The notes below the pieces were generated by a model, which was given only the letters and a program-made list of their open reading frames with translations, searched no databases and had not been told where the DNA came from. The translations under genes were made by a program, and so were the position numbers. From the human T2T-CHM13v2.0 reference genome, Homo sapiens, in the NCBI GenBank assembly GCA_009914755.4, contig CP068257.2, forward strand, positions 11,968,001 through 12,032,000: DNA of 64,000 bases, given 5' to 3'. The stretch's first letter is position 1. The number at the start of each line of letters is the position of its first letter. Shown piece after piece: positions 59,601 through 64,000 of the stretch.

Positions 59601-62449
59601 AAATTGTACTCAACATGATGCACTTAACTTTTCTGGCCTCATTTCTCTCACCTGTAAAAATGCAGGTTTCAGATGTTGGTAATATTTTACCTGTGGTTGA
59701 AAGAGTTACCAGCCCTTCCTTGATCACCCATGGTAAGACCCATGAGCCTCTGAATATAATTATAGAAAACATTTGGAGAGGGATAGAGAGAGACAAGATC
59801 ATGCCTCCTTTGATAATGTCAAATTTTCAGTGCACGAAGCCATACATAGTGCAGTTTTCTAGCTTCCCTTTCACACATGGCATTGAAGAAAGTAAATTAA
59901 GCAACTCAGCTAACACTGGGAATGCAGCAGAAGTAATCGAGTTCAGTGCTGGGAGACAGTTGCCATGATATTCCAACATGGACACCAGGATCACAGTCGA
60001 TGACTATGCCCTCCCTTGAAGATGGTGGCTTGCCTCTCTTTCTGTAAGCACATGTCATGTCATAACAATATTAAACAATTGAAAGTAATGTCCCCATCTT
60101 CTTCTACACTGCCTTTGAATTATTATTTTAGATCTGCCAAAATAAATTGCAAACTCATTAACAAGAAAGGGGGGGTGCATGCATCCCTGCCTTCCCGAGT
60201 AGTCTATTCACCCAAAGACAAAAGGGTGACCAGCCTCCATCTGGGATATTCAAAGACACAGTCACCTTGCCATGCAGCCTGAGGCCAATCCCCTTTTTAA
60301 GAAGCTTGTTAGATGAGCTCCTTAAACATACAACCACAAAGGAAAAGCACAGCTGGTGTGAGCGAGGCTGATAAAATGGGCATTTTGTCTGCTTCAAGGT
60401 TAGAATGCAACTTGTCTATCAAAATGTGGTTATCTGACCTCCACAATGCTGCAGTCCAGCTAAATCATGCAAATATTCATCCACCATTTACTATGGATAA
60501 AACAATAATGTGCTGTGGGGAATCCAATTACACACACACACACAAAAGTGCACACACACATGCATGCACACACACTGCTCCTGCTGTCTCAGAGGTTCCA
60601 GGCTGGCAAGGAAGAAGTGCAAACATTAGTAGGTAAGTCCACTAGCAGGAGGAATGTGATAAGTAGATCCAACAGGGTACAACACAGTATGATAGAAGCA
60701 AACAAGGTAGAAATGAGTTCTGACTTCCTTTCACTTATGAAACTGATTATGGAATAGTGTATGAAAGGCTTGCCTGAATGAATCTCATATTTTCCAAGTG
60801 TTTTCTATCCCAGCGATTGGAACTTTCATTCATTTATACCATTGTCCAAAAGGAAAATACAGGAGATTTTCCTAAGACCATCCTCTGTCTTATCGCTCAT
60901 ATCATATCCCCAAACATCACCAAGCCCTGCCCACTTTTACCTACTCAGTTTCTCTCCAGTTGTTCTGTTTTCTCCATATGCACTAGTGGTACCTTGGCTA
61001 CATGAAGACCACCAGCAGCAGCTGGGACAACCAGCACCCTGTGGAACTGCACAGCATGCATAGAATACGTCCTCCCTTCAGTTGGCTTGGGTCAGCTTAG
61101 GTCATGGGCCACTTGGACTGATAGCAGTTTCCACAGAAATGCCTCAAGATGGTAGAATAATCCAGATCTCTTTGCATGGGGCATGGTGTGGCTATCTGAG
61201 AAAATCCTGGCTTTTATAGGAAGGAGAAAGAAGAATGCTTCTTGAGGGGAAGAAACCAACAGGAATGTGCCTCAGGGAAATGTCACCAGAGGAGAGTGAG
61301 CTGTAATAAGTATTTTGGCAGATTGCATGTTTCTTGTGTTCCTTGGCCCTGCACAGAGCTACCGTTTACTCATTTGACAAATATTTGAGTAGTAGACTCC
61401 AGGGTTCAATAGTGAGCAAACATGCACAGAATTTCTTCTCTAGTGGAGCTGAGAGTCTAACAGAAAGAGCTGACATTAGTCACAGAATTATGTAATAAGG
61501 GAAAGTTCAGCAGACCCAGGGGTGCTACAAGAGCCTGGGAAGGCGGACTGACCCCAAGAGGGAGGCAGGAAAGGTTGCCCCCAGGAAGTAGCACTTGAGC
61601 TACAATCAGGGAGAAAACTAGGCAAAGACACAGCATTCAGGAGAAGGTAGAAGCTGGCCCATGAGGATGGTGGTGTGGAGAGGTGAACCAATACCCAGGT
61701 CTTGGATTTATTGTTGAGCTGCTGAATTAACCAGTGCTGGCTCTCTCCCAACCTCTGCACTTCTTTTTTGCAAGGTTATATATTTTTTTATTTAAAAGCT
61801 AGTATGAGTTGGGATCTGTTGCTTTTCTGAGACCCCATCCTGTGAGGTAAACAGGGGGCCTCACTGTACTCTGGGGAAGCTAAAGATGGAGAACAGTTTT
61901 AGAGTGCCTGGAGAAGAGGCCCTTTAATAGATCATTTAAGAAGAGGGTGCTACCGCTAGACTGCCCAGATTCACTTTCTGGCTTTGTGACCTTGGGCTCT
62001 CTGTGTCTGTTTTCCAATCTGAAAAATGAAATAATGATAGTATCTGCCTCTGCCTGCAAGACCCTGACCTATCAGACCAACTACCTTTTCACTAGAACTC
62101 TCTTCCTGCACTGTACCCCAACTGGACCCTCATTAACACTTAAAATGGGCATGTTTCCCTTTTCTAGATTTTGCTCAAGACATTTCCCTCATCAGAATTA
62201 ACTTTGGTCCATCTCCCTCTATTGAAATTCAACCCATTCTCCAGAAATCAGTTCAAATTTTATCACCAGAAAGCCTCTCTCAATTATACCAAGCCTCTTT
62301 TATACTTTGTGCCATTTCTGCCATGATTTCTTATGTTTTCCTTTTTCACTACATATTGGTATAGGTACATATGATCTCCACTTCCACTCAAATGTGAGGT
62401 TACTGAGGGCAATCCCTATGGGTATAGTCATATCCCAAGAGTCCTGGGC

Positions 62450-62735
62450 AGAGGGTGTCCCTCTTTCACCCAGGTTGGAGTGCAGTGGTGCGACCAGAGC
62501 TTACTGCAGCCTTGACCTCCTGGGTTCAAATGATCCTCTCACCTTAGCCTTTCCAGTAGCTGGTACTAAAAGGCGGGCACCACCATGCTTGGCTAATTTT
62601 CATATTTTTCATAGAGATGGGGTTCCACCACGTTGCCTTGCTTGGTCTCAAAGTTCTGAGCTCAAGCAATCCACCTGCCTCGGCCTCTCAACATCCTGGA
62701 ATGACAGCATGAGCTACCACACCTGGCCAAATGCC
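62450..62735 (-). mobile_element. Alu SINE
   Basis: ctctttcacccaggttggagtgcagtggtgcgaccagagcttactgcagccttgacctcctgggttcaaatgatcctctcacc...catgagctaccacacctggcc. Confidence 0.9.
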
Positions 62736-63439
62736 GAATACTTTAGTCATATATGCCTGACACTTCCAGGGCATGCAGAACTGCCTCGCTTACTTTTCTT
62801 TTGACACAGTTAATAAATTTTCTTAATTTAAATTTTAATTTCAACATGTATACATCTTTGAAATAAATAAAATAATCTCTTTGAATGTTTGGCATAATGT
62901 AGAAGAAATTGACAAATGGATATCTTTACTTCATTTTCCATCTCAAAATGTGGTAGAAATATGCTCCCCTAAAGTGATCCCAATTATTACATAGCCATCT
63001 TGCTGTGGTTAATGTAGAATCTTTTTGCAATATCACATTCATGACAGGGCACATCCAAGAAACATTTAAGTGAAGATAATACTAGATTCTTGAAAGTATC
63101 TAGACACTTAAGAGCAGGTAGTGATGATGTTAATTAACAGTAACAATGTCGAGGGACTGGCTTTTGCCCTTCCCTAATAAACATAAACAGCATAGAAACT
63201 CAGCAAATTTGCTCTTATTTTCTTCATTATTTGGTTGTTGAATCAGTAAATGCTTTCCACAGGGGTCATCTTGTTAGTCATCTTGTCATTTTGCTGTGTC
63301 CCTTCTTCATCCTTGCACTTTTTCCTTTCTCTCATTTTGGCATGTATTGAGAGGAGTGTTATGTTGATGGAATGCCCTATCCTGACTTGCCATCTGATTA
63401 GAACTTCCCTCAATTTTTAAAATGCTTCTTGAAATGGTT

Positions 63440-63800
63440 TGGATTTGTGCACCCCCCATCCCCAATCTCATGTGGAATTGTAATTGCCAGTGTTGGAGGA
63501 GAGGCTTAGTGGAAGGTGTTTGCATCATGGAGGTGGTTTCTAATGGTTTAGCCTCATCACCCTAGTGCTGTCTGATGATAAAGTTCTCCCAAGATCTGCT
63601 TGTTTAAAAAGTGTGTAGCACCTCCCCTGACTCGTTTCAGCCATGTGAATATGTGCTTGCTTCCTTTTCACCTCTGCCATGATCGTAAGTTTCCTGAGGC
63701 CTCCCTATAAGCATAAGTCTGTACAGCCCACAGAACTGTGAGCCAATTCAATCTCTTTTCTTTTTCAATTACCCATTCTCAGGTATGTCTTTATAGCAGT
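63440..63800 (+). mobile_element. MaLR LTR (THE1/MST-like)
   Basis: ccccaatctcatgtggaattgtaattgccagtgttggaggagaggcttagtggaaggtgtttgcatcatggaggtggtttc...ctctgccatgatcgtaagtttcctgaggcctccc...cacagaactgtgagccaattcaatctcttttctttttcaattacccattctcaggtatgtctttatagcagtgtgagacagactaatacac matches the THE1/MST consensus end to end. Confidence 0.85.
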
Positions 63801-64000
63801 GTGAGACAGACTAATACACTCCTCCTCAGAAAGCATTCAATTTAGCTGTGTCTAAAGGTATGCCAGCTGTCCTGGGGCATTATCTTAGCCAATCATTCTT
63901 CCTCTTCAGCAAGATCTATTTGCCTATCACAGCTTGACCTGCAGTTCCTGCCATACTTGTCAGTAACAAGTAGCCTATAATATCTGGAGGGATTTCATTG

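Overview
This window is human (primate) genomic DNA, not prokaryotic. The evidence is more than ten Alu SINEs, many L1 LINE fragments, THE1/MST-type MaLR LTRs, a MIR, and spliced exons with GT-AG introns. The architecture resembles a pericentromeric, segmentally duplicated POTE locus. The left third (about 4.6-17.9 kb, + strand) carries the last coding exons of a POTE-family (ANKRD26-like) gene. Its final coding exon stops at 17899 and runs on into degenerate ANKRD26-like coiled-coil sequence, which is cut off by an old L1 with a monomeric 5' UTR at about 18215. From 18.2 to 29.7 kb lies an insertion/rearrangement block. It holds that L1 (with an Alu inside), an unclassified retroposed fragment ending in a pure 30-nt poly(A), a twin-primed (5'-inverted) L1, a roughly 638-bp-period tandem array (about 6 units, 25.2-29.05 kb) and a second L1 5' fragment in inverted orientation. 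Degenerate ANKRD26-like exon remnants reappear at about 30.4-30.7 kb. Further right are two CpG-rich, island-like blocks (39.65-40.33 kb and 41.8-43.9 kb) separated by a CA-rich minisatellite and interrupted by an L1 ORF2 piece. After these come a cluster of old minus-strand L1 3' ends (44.9-52.3 kb) and a processed, frameshifted CXADR pseudogene (52275 to about 55550, + strand). The last major feature is a 2.5-kb GC/CpG-rich minisatellite (55.77-58.25 kb) with a homogenised ~114-bp higher-order core. The pairing of POTE and CXADRP points to one of the POTEB/POTEC/POTED-type paralogous blocks (15q11.2, 18p11.21 or 21q11.2); the paralog cannot be assigned from sequence alone. No prokaryotic or defence-type system is present. 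The most interesting signals are structural: coincident L1 breakpoints in inverted orientation, the tandem arrays, and unannotated CpG-island-like DNA.
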